Shown one piece after another: positions 1 through 7,707 of a stretch of DNA of 32,000 nt; the stretch's first letter is position 1, and every line of letters starts with the position of its first letter. Below the pieces are notes generated by a model, which was given only the letters and a program-made list of their open reading frames with translations, ran no database searches and was not told the DNA's origin. This DNA is from Mycolicibacterium xanthum (GTDB lineage Bacteria > Actinomycetota > Actinomycetes > Mycobacteriales > Mycobacteriaceae): positions 3,775-35,774 of the forward strand of contig NZ_JAIFZS010000057.1 of NCBI RefSeq assembly GCF_019710635.1, written 5' to 3'. The translations under genes were made by a program, and so were the position numbers.

Positions 1-160
1 CCTGATCGCTGCCTGTTGTGTACGAGTCGCCGATCACCGCGATCCGGTTGACCGCGTAGTCGAGGTGGCGTACCGCACGCTGCTGGACGTCCGGGAAGTG
101 CGCGATGAACAGGCCGAACACCACGGCGGCGCAGAGCACGAAGGAGAACAACCGACTCAC
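1..160 (-). CDS. SGNH/GDSL-family hydrolase, N-terminal part (gene continues beyond the window start)
   Basis: Reverse translation from GTG at 158-160 gives VSRLFSFVLCAAVVFGLFIAHFPDVQQRAVRHLDYAVNRIAVIGDSYTTGSDQ. This is an N-terminal TM helix followed by the block-I GDS motif (IAVIGDSYTTG). An in-frame stop at 170-172 fixes the start. The ORF is too short and open-ended to appear in the ORF track. Confidence 0.55.
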   Translation of the reverse strand, partial: MSRLFSFVLCAAVVFGLFIAHFPDVQQRAVRHLDYAVNRIAVIGDSYTTGSDQ

Positions 161-219
161 TGGACCAGCCTAGGTGGCGCGCCGGGGCGCTTGCATTCGA
201 CGCGCCGTGCCCGCCAACG

Positions 220-1488
220 TCATCCGGCCCGCGCGGCGACCGACTGCAGGTGGCCCTGCGGCGCACTCTCGGGCCGGTCGGCCGGTGGCCGGTTGGGACG
301 AACCATCCGCCGCATCCAGTGCCGGGCGGGTTCCTCCACGAAGTGGTAGAGCACCGCGGCCAGCGCACCCGCCAGCAGGATCAGCCCGACCAAGGTCAGC
401 TTGGCGGTCCAGCTCGGCTCCAGCGTGATACCGAACTGAAGGGCCGTCCAATTCCAGGCGGTGTGCACGATCTCGTGAATCATGTACAGGCTGAACGAGA
501 TGTGACCGAGGTAGACCATCACCCGCGTCGACAGCAGCGCCGGCAGCGTGCCGACACCGATGGCCAATGTGACGACCAGCGGGAGGAACAGTACGTCGAC
601 CAGGCCGCCGGCGTCGTAGATCGTCGTCTTCGGAATGTTGTCCAACAGGTACAGCCCGCCGACGATGCCGACGCCCAGCAGCAGCGCCCCCACCCCGGCG
701 GCCTGCCGGCCGCGGTCGGTGATCCGCAGCCGGCGGACCGCCGCGCAGGCCAGCGCACCGGCGATGAACTGCATGACGATGCGGGGCAGCCAGCTCCACG
801 GTGTGTAGAACACGCCGCTGGCCAGCAGGAACAGCGTGGGGACCAGGGCCGCGACCAGTGCGAGCAGCAGCAGTCCGCGCGCCCGGGTGGCCGAGGCGAT
901 CCGGAACACCACCAGGACCAGTGCGCCGAACAGCAGGTAGGCCAGCCACTCGGCGCTGATCGACCAGGCCGGGCCGTCCCAGCTCGAACGGTCGAAGAAC
1001 GGCTGGAACCACAGCTGGACCAGCAGGAACTGACGGAGCCAGCTGATCGCGGTGAGCTGATCGACGTCGGGTGACGGCCAGTCCCCGACGTAGAGAGTGA
1101 ACAGGATCCAGGCCGCCGCGAGGTGCATGGTCACCAGGTACACCGGCCATACCCGGGCCAGCCGCAGCCAGAGGAATTGCAGGGTGGACCGGGTCGACCA
1201 GGACTCCCCCATCCGGTCCAGATAGTTCCAGGTCAGCACGAAGCCGCTCAGGATGAAGAACAGGTCGACGCCCTGCGCGCCGGCGTCCAGAACCGGTGCC
1301 AGCGTGTCGCTACACGGCGGGGAGGCCTGCGCCAGCAGCGGCCGGAAGTGGAACAGGACGACCCACACGGCGGCGACGATGCGCAAGCCGGACAGGGCTC
1401 TGATCTCTCCGGTGGGCACACGGCTCTTTTCGTCGGGACTCGCGGCGTCGATGATGCCGGTCGATGGCGGGACAGACGGCACGGGCAC
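220..1488 (-). CDS. Membrane acyltransferase, acyltransferase-3 (AT3/OafA-like) family
   Basis: 422-aa ORF with about 10 hydrophobic helices. The N-terminal signature LSGLRIVAAVWVVLFHF..DLFFILSGFVL is typical of the AT3 family. It lies directly upstream of, and is co-oriented with, the SGNH gene. Confidence 0.85.
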   Translation of the reverse strand: MPVPSVPPSTGIIDAASPDEKSRVPTGEIRALSGLRIVAAVWVVLFHFRPLLAQASPPCSDTLAPVLDAGAQGVDLFFILSGFVLTWNYLDRMGESWSTRSTLQFLWLRLARVWPVYLVTMHLAAAWILFTLYVGDWPSPDVDQLTAISWLRQFLLVQLWFQPFFDRSSWDGPAWSISAEWLAYLLFGALVLVVFRIASATRARGLLLLALVAALVPTLFLLASGVFYTPWSWLPRIVMQFIAGALACAAVRRLRITDRGRQAAGVGALLLGVGIVGGLYLLDNIPKTTIYDAGGLVDVLFLPLVVTLAIGVGTLPALLSTRVMVYLGHISFSLYMIHEIVHTAWNWTALQFGITLEPSWTAKLTLVGLILLAGALAAVLYHFVEEPARHWMRRMVRPNRPPADRPESAPQGHLQSVAARAG

Positions 1489-1677
1489 TGGCCGCCTCCC
1501 CCGGACCAGGCGCCGGCGGCCGGTCGCAGATTACCAGCGCCACGAGGGCGCAGGCGGCCCGCAACGCCGGTGCCGACCGTTCGCTGGCCGGCCGGACGCC
1601 CGGGTACTCTGCAGAGATCGTCACTCGAGCGCACCGGCCTGCGACACACCCGCGAGCCGACCAGAAGCACAGGGTCC

Positions 1678-2862
1678 ATGAGCGCCCACGATGACCACGA
1701 GTCGTTGTGCGTGCTGCTGGTCGAAGACGATCGGGCCGACGCCATCCTGGTGGAGGAGTTGATCGCCGATTCGGGCGTCGACATGCGGGTCGACTGGGCG
1801 GCGACGATGGCCGATGCGGAACGCGCGCTCGCCGCAACCCGGCCCGACTGCGTCCTGCTGGACCTGCACCTGCACGACACCGTCGGCATCGACGGTCTGA
1901 CCCGCATCGCCGCCAGGGACGCCACACTGCCGATCGTCGTGCTGACCGGCCTGAACGACGAACATTTCGGCGTCTCGGCGGTGGCGTCCGGGGCGCAGGA
2001 CTACCTGGTGAAGGGCCGGGTCGATCCGGAGATGCTGCGCCGCGCGGTGCTCTATGCGATCGAGCGCAAGCGGGCCGAGCTCACGGCGGTCGACCTGCAC
2101 GCCAGCCAGTTGCGGGCGCGGGAGAACGCCCGCCTGGAGCGTGGGCTGCTGCCCTCCCCGCTGCTGCTCGACGATCCCGGCGTCGAGATCGTCACTCAGT
2201 ACCGGCCCAGCCGGGAGAACGCTCTGCTCGGCGGCGATTTCTACGATTTCGTGCAGACCCCGGACCGCACCGTGCACGTGATGATCGGCGATGTCGCCGG
2301 CCACGGCGCCGACGAGGCCGCGCTGGGTGTCGCATTGCGGATCGCCTGGCGGGCGCTGACGTTCGCCGGTCTGCGCGGCTCCGACCGGATGCGGCAGCTC
2401 GAACGGATCCTGCGTGCCGAGCGGGCCGGCAAGGGCATCTTCGCCACCGTCCTGAGTCTGGCGATACCGCCCGACGGGCCGACGATCACCGCGGTGCGGG
2501 CCGGCCATCCCGGCATGCTGCTGCACGGTGGCGGCACCGTCGAGTGGGTGGAGCCGCCGGGCGGTCCCGCGCTGGGGCTGCACGCGGGAGATTGGGCGCC
2601 CCAACAGGTGCCGTTGCCCGAGGGCAAGGGGTTGGTGCTGCTCACCGACGGGCTCTTCGAGGGCCACGTGGGGCGCGGCAACGAGCGGCTCGGCGAACAG
2701 GGATTGCTCGAACTGGCCCGATCGCTGGCTATGCTGCCCGGCCCGCAGTTCGTCGCCGCCCTCATCGACGCCGTCGAGGAGCGCGCCCAGTCGCACGGCG
2801 GGATCGGCGACGACATCGCCGTCGTCCGGGTCGAGCGGGTGCCTCGGGTGGCTCAGCGATGA
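1678..2862 (+). CDS. Response regulator with REC domain fused to a PP2C/SpoIIE-type serine phosphatase (RsbY/RsbU-like)
   Basis: The internal ATG at 1678 of ORF 1123..2862 gives MSAHDDHESLCVLLVEDDRAD... The REC acceptor region is DCVLLDLHL, followed by LPIVVLTG and DYLVKG. PP2C motifs are present: GGDFYDF, IGDVAGHG, LLTDGL, DDIAVV. The stop overlaps the next start (ATGA at 2859-2862). Confidence 0.9.
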   Translation: MSAHDDHESLCVLLVEDDRADAILVEELIADSGVDMRVDWAATMADAERALAATRPDCVLLDLHLHDTVGIDGLTRIAARDATLPIVVLTGLNDEHFGVSAVASGAQDYLVKGRVDPEMLRRAVLYAIERKRAELTAVDLHASQLRARENARLERGLLPSPLLLDDPGVEIVTQYRPSRENALLGGDFYDFVQTPDRTVHVMIGDVAGHGADEAALGVALRIAWRALTFAGLRGSDRMRQLERILRAERAGKGIFATVLSLAIPPDGPTITAVRAGHPGMLLHGGGTVEWVEPPGGPALGLHAGDWAPQQVPLPEGKGLVLLTDGLFEGHVGRGNERLGEQGLLELARSLAMLPGPQFVAALIDAVEERAQSHGGIGDDIAVVRVERVPRVAQR

Positions 2863-4451
2863 GCAGCCCCCGGAGGCGCCAGGTCCGCCAGCTGACCGTG
2901 CAGGGCTGGCAGTACCTGGTGTTCGCGGTGATGGGGGTGGTGGTGCTGGCCGGCGGCACCGCGGTGGCGGTGCTGCTCAACCGCACCGACCAGGTGTCCG
3001 GGCAACTCATCCGCCACATCCAGCCGGCCCGGGTGGCGGCCTACAAACTGCAGGCCGCGCTGCGCGACCAGGAGACCGCCGTGCGGGGCTACCTGATCGC
3101 CGCAGACAAGCGGTTTCTCGAGCCCTACTACGAGGGCCGGCAGGTCGAGCAGGAGGCCTCGGCGGAGATCCGCCAGCTCGAGCAGGATCGGCCCGATCTG
3201 CTCGATGATCTCGATGCCATCGAACTGGCCGCCGGCTCCTGGCGGACGAACTACGCCGATCCGTTGATCGCCGGGGTGGACCCGGGCGATCCGAGCCTGG
3301 TGTCGCCCAGTGCCGCCCAGCAGGGCAAGGTCGAGTTCGACCGCCTGCGCGTGCTGTTCGACGTCCAGAACGAGCACCTCGACGGGGCCAGGACCGACGC
3401 CATCGGCGAGCTCGACCAGATGAGAACCTGGCGCAACGGGGTGCTGCTGGCGATGCTCGGCGCGTTCGTGGTCACGATGCTGTTGCTGGCGGTGCTGCTG
3501 CGTCGGGCGCTGGTACGCCCGCTGGCGGCACTGGCGAAGGCCTGCCGCAGCGTCGCGCAGGGCAACTTCGCCGAACGGATCGTCCCGCAGGGCCCCAGGG
3601 ACATCCGCGCGATCGCCGACGACGTCGAGAACATGCGGCAGCGCATCGTCGAGGAACTCGACGCCTCGCGCGCGGCCGCCGAAGCGCTCGACGTGCACGC
3701 CGAGGAACTGCGGCGGTCCAACGCCGAACTCGAGCAGTTCGCCTACGTCGCGTCACACGACCTGCAGGAACCCCTGCGCAAGGTGGCGTCGTTCTGTCAG
3801 CTGCTGGAGAAGCGGTACGGCGACGAACTCGACGAGCGCGGTCGCGAGTACATCCGCTTCGCCGTCGACGGGGCCAAACGCATGCAGGTGCTCATCAACG
3901 ACCTGCTGACGTTCTCGCGGGTGGGTCGGCTCAACGCCACCGAGGTCGAGGTCGGTCTGGACCGGGCGCTGGACAGTGCGCTGGGCAACCTGGAGACCTC
4001 GATGCAGGAGTCCGGTGCCGTCATCGAGCGACCGGCCGAGGGGCTGCCCGAGGTCAGCGGCGACCCCACCCTGCTGACGATGCTGTGGCAGAACCTGATC
4101 GGGAACGCGGTCAAGTTCCGCCGTGCCGGTATCGCACCGCGCATCCGGATCGAGTGCCGTCCGGAGTCCGACGACAGCGGACCACACTGGGCGCTGTCGG
4201 TGTCGGACAACGGGATCGGGATCGCGCCGGAGTTCACCGACAAGGTGTTCGTCATCTTCCAGCGGCTCCACGGCCGCGACGCCTACGGCGGCACCGGCAT
4301 CGGGCTGGCGCTGTGCAAGAAGATCGTCGAGCATCACGGCGGCACGATCTGGATCGACACCTCGTATACGGATGGAACCCGGTTCCGATTCACGCTGCCT
4401 GCCAGGGCGGATGACTCGGCCGATGCACTCCTGGAAGGATCGGCACCATGA
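2859..4451 (+). CDS. Sensor histidine kinase: TM, CHASE3 extracytoplasmic domain, TM, HAMP, HisKA, HATPase
   Basis: The ATG at 2859 gives [33 protein letters not shown] (TM1). A CHASE3-like segment follows (AAYKLQAALRDQETAVRGYLIAADKRFLEPYYEG), then TM2 (VLLAMLGAFVVTMLLLAVLL) and HAMP. The H-box is FAYVASHDLQEPLRKV, the N-box NLIGNAVKF, G1 DNGIGI and G2 GGTGIGLALC. Confidence 0.9.
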   Translation: MSSPRRRQVRQLTVQGWQYLVFAVMGVVVLAGGTAVAVLLNRTDQVSGQLIRHIQPARVAAYKLQAALRDQETAVRGYLIAADKRFLEPYYEGRQVEQEASAEIRQLEQDRPDLLDDLDAIELAAGSWRTNYADPLIAGVDPGDPSLVSPSAAQQGKVEFDRLRVLFDVQNEHLDGARTDAIGELDQMRTWRNGVLLAMLGAFVVTMLLLAVLLRRALVRPLAALAKACRSVAQGNFAERIVPQGPRDIRAIADDVENMRQRIVEELDASRAAAEALDVHAEELRRSNAELEQFAYVASHDLQEPLRKVASFCQLLEKRYGDELDERGREYIRFAVDGAKRMQVLINDLLTFSRVGRLNATEVEVGLDRALDSALGNLETSMQESGAVIERPAEGLPEVSGDPTLLTMLWQNLIGNAVKFRRAGIAPRIRIECRPESDDSGPHWALSVSDNGIGIAPEFTDKVFVIFQRLHGRDAYGGTGIGLALCKKIVEHHGGTIWIDTSYTDGTRFRFTLPARADDSADALLEGSAP

Positions 4452-4888
4452 CACCCGCCGAACGCGCCATCGACGTGCTGCTCATCGAGGACGACCCAGG
4501 TGACGAGTTGATCACCCGGGAAGCGTTCGAGCACAACAAGATCAAGAACACGCTGCACGTGGCCCGGGACGGCGAGGAAGGGCTGGACTTTTTGTACCGG
4601 CGCGGTCCGTTCGAGGACGTCCCGCGGCCCGACCTGGTGCTACTGGACCTGAACCTGCCGAAGTACGACGGGCGTCAGCTGTTGGAGAAGATCAAGTCCG
4701 ATCCCGAGCTGAGTCACATCCCGGTGGTGGTGCTGACCACCTCGTCGGCCGAAGAGGACATCCTGCGCAGCTACAAGCTGCACGCCAACGCGTATGTGAC
4801 CAAGCCGGTCGATCTCGACCAGTTCATGAACGCCGTTCGTCAGATCGACGAGTTCTTCGTCCAGGTGGTGCGTCTCCCCCAGATCTGA
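4448..4888 (+). CDS. Single-domain (REC-only) response regulator, Rcp1/CheY-like
   Basis: 146 aa with IDVLLIEDDPGDELI, acceptor LVLLDLNLPKYDG, VVVLTTS and YVTKPVD, and no output domain. The start overlaps the kinase stop (ATGA at 4448-4451). A GGAAGGA Shine-Dalgarno sequence lies upstream. Confidence 0.9.
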   Translation: MTPAERAIDVLLIEDDPGDELITREAFEHNKIKNTLHVARDGEEGLDFLYRRGPFEDVPRPDLVLLDLNLPKYDGRQLLEKIKSDPELSHIPVVVLTTSSAEEDILRSYKLHANAYVTKPVDLDQFMNAVRQIDEFFVQVVRLPQI

Positions 4889-4909
4889 TCGTCGCCGGTC
4901 CGGCCGGGC

Positions 4910-6064
4910 GTGTGGCACGCTCGGAGCGTGGAGCTGCCGCGTCTCGATCCGGGACTTCCGTACCTGGCCGATGTCGCGCCGTCGGTGCTGGCCGCGATGG
5001 GCGTTGCGGGCTTCGAGCCCCGCATCGAGATCGCCCATGACGTCGCCGGTGCGTGCGTGCTGTTGATCGACGGCCTGGGCGCACAGCTGCTGGACGACCA
5101 CGCCGCGGACGCCCCGGTGCTCGCCGCGCTGGCGCGCCGCACGCTGCAGGTCGGTTTCCCGTCGACCACCGCCGCCGGTCTGGCGGCGGTGGGAACCGGC
5201 TGCCGGTCCGGTGAGCACGGCATGGTCGGGATGGCCTTCCGGCTTCCCGATGTCGGGGTGATCAACGCGCTGCGCTGGCGGCCCCAGCCGTGGGGTGCCG
5301 ACCTGCGCGAGCGGGCCGTCCCCGAATCGGTGCAACCCCGCCCTACGGTCTTCGAGCGGGCCCGGGCCGGCGGTGTGACCGTCAGCGTCGTCTCCGCCGC
5401 GCAGTTCGACGGCTCCGGCCTGACCAGGGCGGTGCTGCGCGGAGGCCGCTTCATCGGCGTGCATGCGCTGGGCGATCTCGCCGCCACCGTGAGCGCCGCG
5501 GTGGCCGGCGGTGGCTTCTGCTACGGCTATCACGCCGATCTGGACCTGGTCGGCCATCTGCACGGACCCGGTTCGCCGGCCTGGCGCATGCAGTTGCGCC
5601 AGGTCGACACGCTGGTGGAGTCGATCGTCGAGCGGCTGCCGGCCGGCGGGTTGCTGGCGGTGGTCGCCGACCACGGCATGGTGCGGATCGACGAGGCGGC
5701 GGCGATCGACCTCGACGCGAGCTCTCCCCTGCAGGACGGGGTGGCCGCCGTGGCCGGGGAGGTGCGTGCCCGGCACGTCTACGTCCGCGACGGCGCGCTC
5801 GGCGACGTGCTGGCCGGGTGGCGGGCCGTTCTCGGCGACCGGGCGTGGGTGTGCACCGGTGACGAGGCGATCGAGGCGGGCTGGTTCGGCGAGCGGGTCG
5901 ACGACGCCGTGCGGCCCCGCATCGGGGATGTGGTGGTGGCTGCCCGCGGGGCCTCGGGGGTGCTGCGCAGGACGGCCGAGCCGATCGAGTCCGCCATGGT
6001 CGGGCAGCACGGTTCGGTGACCGAAGCCGAGCAACGGATCCCGTTGCTGCTCGCGCAACGTTGA
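4910..6064 (+). CDS. Alkaline-phosphatase-superfamily enzyme (type I phosphodiesterase/nucleotide pyrophosphatase or PglZ-like)
   Basis: 384-aa ORF with VLLIDGLGAQLL (metal Asp), FPSTTAAGLAAVGTG (Thr nucleophile region), YHADLDLVGHLHGPGS and AVVADHGM (metal ligands). It starts 21 bp after the REC gene. The start codon is uncertain (GTG at 4910 or GTG at 4928). Confidence 0.75.
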   Translation: MWHARSVELPRLDPGLPYLADVAPSVLAAMGVAGFEPRIEIAHDVAGACVLLIDGLGAQLLDDHAADAPVLAALARRTLQVGFPSTTAAGLAAVGTGCRSGEHGMVGMAFRLPDVGVINALRWRPQPWGADLRERAVPESVQPRPTVFERARAGGVTVSVVSAAQFDGSGLTRAVLRGGRFIGVHALGDLAATVSAAVAGGGFCYGYHADLDLVGHLHGPGSPAWRMQLRQVDTLVESIVERLPAGGLLAVVADHGMVRIDEAAAIDLDASSPLQDGVAAVAGEVRARHVYVRDGALGDVLAGWRAVLGDRAWVCTGDEAIEAGWFGERVDDAVRPRIGDVVVAARGASGVLRRTAEPIESAMVGQHGSVTEAEQRIPLLLAQR

Positions 6065-6113
6065 GGTGGCCCACCAGCGGCTTTCGCCTACCGCCTAGCG
6101 ATCGAAAATCACT

Positions 6114-6136
6114 GATGGATAACGTTATTAACCATC
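6114..6136. promoter_or_regulatory. Palindromic element: perfect 10-bp palindrome ATAACGTTAT (6119-6128) nested between GATGG and CCATC arms
   Basis: Read directly from the sequence: gatggATAACGTTATtaaccatc. It sits in the AT-rich 211-bp intergenic region upstream of the NlpC/P60 gene. Its function is unknown. Confidence 0.3.
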
Positions 6137-6275
6137 GTGGCAACGGTTGGATATCTTTAGGCCAAAGTGCGATCCGGACAATGGGTTTCGCAAAGTGACG
6201 TGAGTTACGCCGCGGAATGTGCTCGCGATCACAGATTTTGGTGGGTTTTAGAGACCTCTGTTAACGTCCGGCTGC

Positions 6276-6872
6276 ATGTTTGCTCTCGCAACTCTCTTGA
6301 CGCTCGTCAACCAGGTGTCGGGCACGCCCTACATCTCGGGCGGTGACTCGCCGGCGGGTACGGACTGCTCGGGTCTGGTGTCCTGGGTCGCCAACGCCGC
6401 GACCGGCCGGCCGGTGTACGGAGACCGGTTCAACACCGGCAACATCGAACGCGCGCTGCTCGATCGCGGCTTCAGATACGGGACGCAGCCCGGTGCGCTG
6501 GTGGTCGGCTGGAACCGCGGACACACCGCCGCGACGCTGCCCGACGGCACCCCGGTCTCGTCCGGCGAAGGCGGACGCGGAGTCCGGGTCGGTGGTGGCG
6601 GCGCCTATCAGAACCAGTTCACCAATCACATGTTCCTGCCGATGCCGCCCGACCAGCCACCCGCGGCCGATCCCCTGCTGACGCCGCCGATGGCTGTGCC
6701 GCCGGTCACGATGGGGCTTCCGGCACCCCCGCCGCCGGCCCCGGACCCCCTGGCGACGCCGCAGCCGGCACCCGGGGCGCCCGTCGCGCTGATGGCGGCC
6801 GACGTCCCGGCGCTACCCGCCCCCGTGCCCTCGCCGGAGGCCCCGCTGCCCCCGCCGCCGGGAGTCGCCTGA
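6276..6872 (+). CDS. NlpC/P60-family peptidoglycan endopeptidase with a Pro-rich C-terminal tail and no recognisable signal peptide
   Basis: GTPYISGGDSPAGTDCSGLVSW carries the catalytic Cys and NRGHTAATLPDG the His. The C-terminal roughly 75 aa are Pro/Ala-rich. An in-frame stop at 6249-6251 excludes any N-terminal extension. Confidence 0.8.
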   Translation: MFALATLLTLVNQVSGTPYISGGDSPAGTDCSGLVSWVANAATGRPVYGDRFNTGNIERALLDRGFRYGTQPGALVVGWNRGHTAATLPDGTPVSSGEGGRGVRVGGGGAYQNQFTNHMFLPMPPDQPPAADPLLTPPMAVPPVTMGLPAPPPPAPDPLATPQPAPGAPVALMAADVPALPAPVPSPEAPLPPPPGVA

Positions 6873-6895
6873 CCGCGCGCGCTACCGTCTGTGCC

Positions 6896-7642
6896 GTGAT
6901 CGTGCTGCTGCCGCCGTCGGAGACCAAACGTCCCGGCGGCGACGGGCCGGCGCTGGCCCTGGACTCGCTGAGCTCACCGGAGCTCAATCCGCTGCGCGCG
7001 GAGCTGGTGGCCGAGCTGGTCGAGTTGTCCGCCGACCGGTCCGCCAGTCGAGCGGCGCTGGGCATCTCGGCGGCCCAGGATGCCGAGATCGACCGCAACG
7101 CCGCGCTCTACACCACGCCGACCATGCCGGCCCTGCGCCGCTACACCGGCGTGCTCTACGACGCGCTGGACGTCGAGTCGCTGCGGGGCGCGGCCGCCGA
7201 CCGGGCCCGGGCCCGGCTGGCAGTCGGTTCGGCGCTGTTCGGGTTGCTGCGGGCCGACGATCCGATCCCGACCTACCGGCTGTCTGCGACGTCACGGCTG
7301 CCCGGCCGGGGCACCCTGGCGGCCCGGTGGCGCCCGGTACTCGACCCCGTGCTGGCCGCCCTGGCCGACCGTGAACTCGTGGTCGACCTCCGGTCGGGAT
7401 CCTATGCCGCACTGGGCAAGGTGCCCGCCGCGGTCACCGTCGACGTCCTCGCCGAGCAGGCCGACGGGCGCCGGAGTGTGGTGAGCCACTTCAACAAGGC
7501 CCACAAGGGCCGGTTGGCCCGCGCGCTGGCCGGCACCAGGTCCGAACCCGGGGACGCCGCCGCGGTCGCGGCGGTGGCCCGTCGCGCCGGCCTGCGGGTC
7601 GAGCGACGGGACGACCACCTCACCGTCGTGGTCTCGGCCTGA
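6896..7642 (+). CDS. yaaA: YaaA-family (UPF0246/DUF328) peroxide-stress protein
   Basis: GTG start. The N-terminus MIVLLPPSETK, together with YTGVLYDAL and VVSHFNKAHKGRLAR, is characteristic of the YaaA family. Confidence 0.85.
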   Translation: MIVLLPPSETKRPGGDGPALALDSLSSPELNPLRAELVAELVELSADRSASRAALGISAAQDAEIDRNAALYTTPTMPALRRYTGVLYDALDVESLRGAAADRARARLAVGSALFGLLRADDPIPTYRLSATSRLPGRGTLAARWRPVLDPVLAALADRELVVDLRSGSYAALGKVPAAVTVDVLAEQADGRRSVVSHFNKAHKGRLARALAGTRSEPGDAAAVAAVARRAGLRVERRDDHLTVVVSA

Positions 7643-7707
7643 GCCGAGCGGGCCCGCCGCGGCCCGCCCGTTGACGCGCGTGCGCCGACGGGAGAGACTG
7701 TGCGCCG

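Noticed and set aside
170-1150. Long ORFs antisense to, or out of frame with, the acyltransferase gene (170..1150 minus strand, 250..1074 plus strand)
   Set aside because: The translations are Arg/Pro/Gly/Ala-rich with no motifs. This is the typical stop-codon-poor artefact of high-G+C DNA. The AT3 frame explains the region.
4640-6058. 472-aa minus-strand ORF opposite the REC and alkaline-phosphatase-like genes
   Set aside because: The product is a low-complexity Arg/Gly/Pro/His-rich sequence with no recognisable domain. The plus-strand frames carry clear catalytic motifs.
6115-6198. 27-codon ORF (MDNVINHRGNGWISLGQSAIRTMGFAK) in the AT-rich intergenic region
   Set aside because: It has AT-ending codons atypical for the genome, no Shine-Dalgarno sequence and no recognisable peptide family. 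It is more likely non-coding.
6065-6275. Possible cyclic-di-AMP (ydaO-type) riboswitch, since that class often precedes actinobacterial cell-wall hydrolase genes
   Set aside because: I could not find the conserved ACGGGG/CCGA-type cores or the pseudo-two-fold architecture by eye, and the region is AT-rich rather than structured and G+C-rich. It needs a covariance-model scan before any claim.
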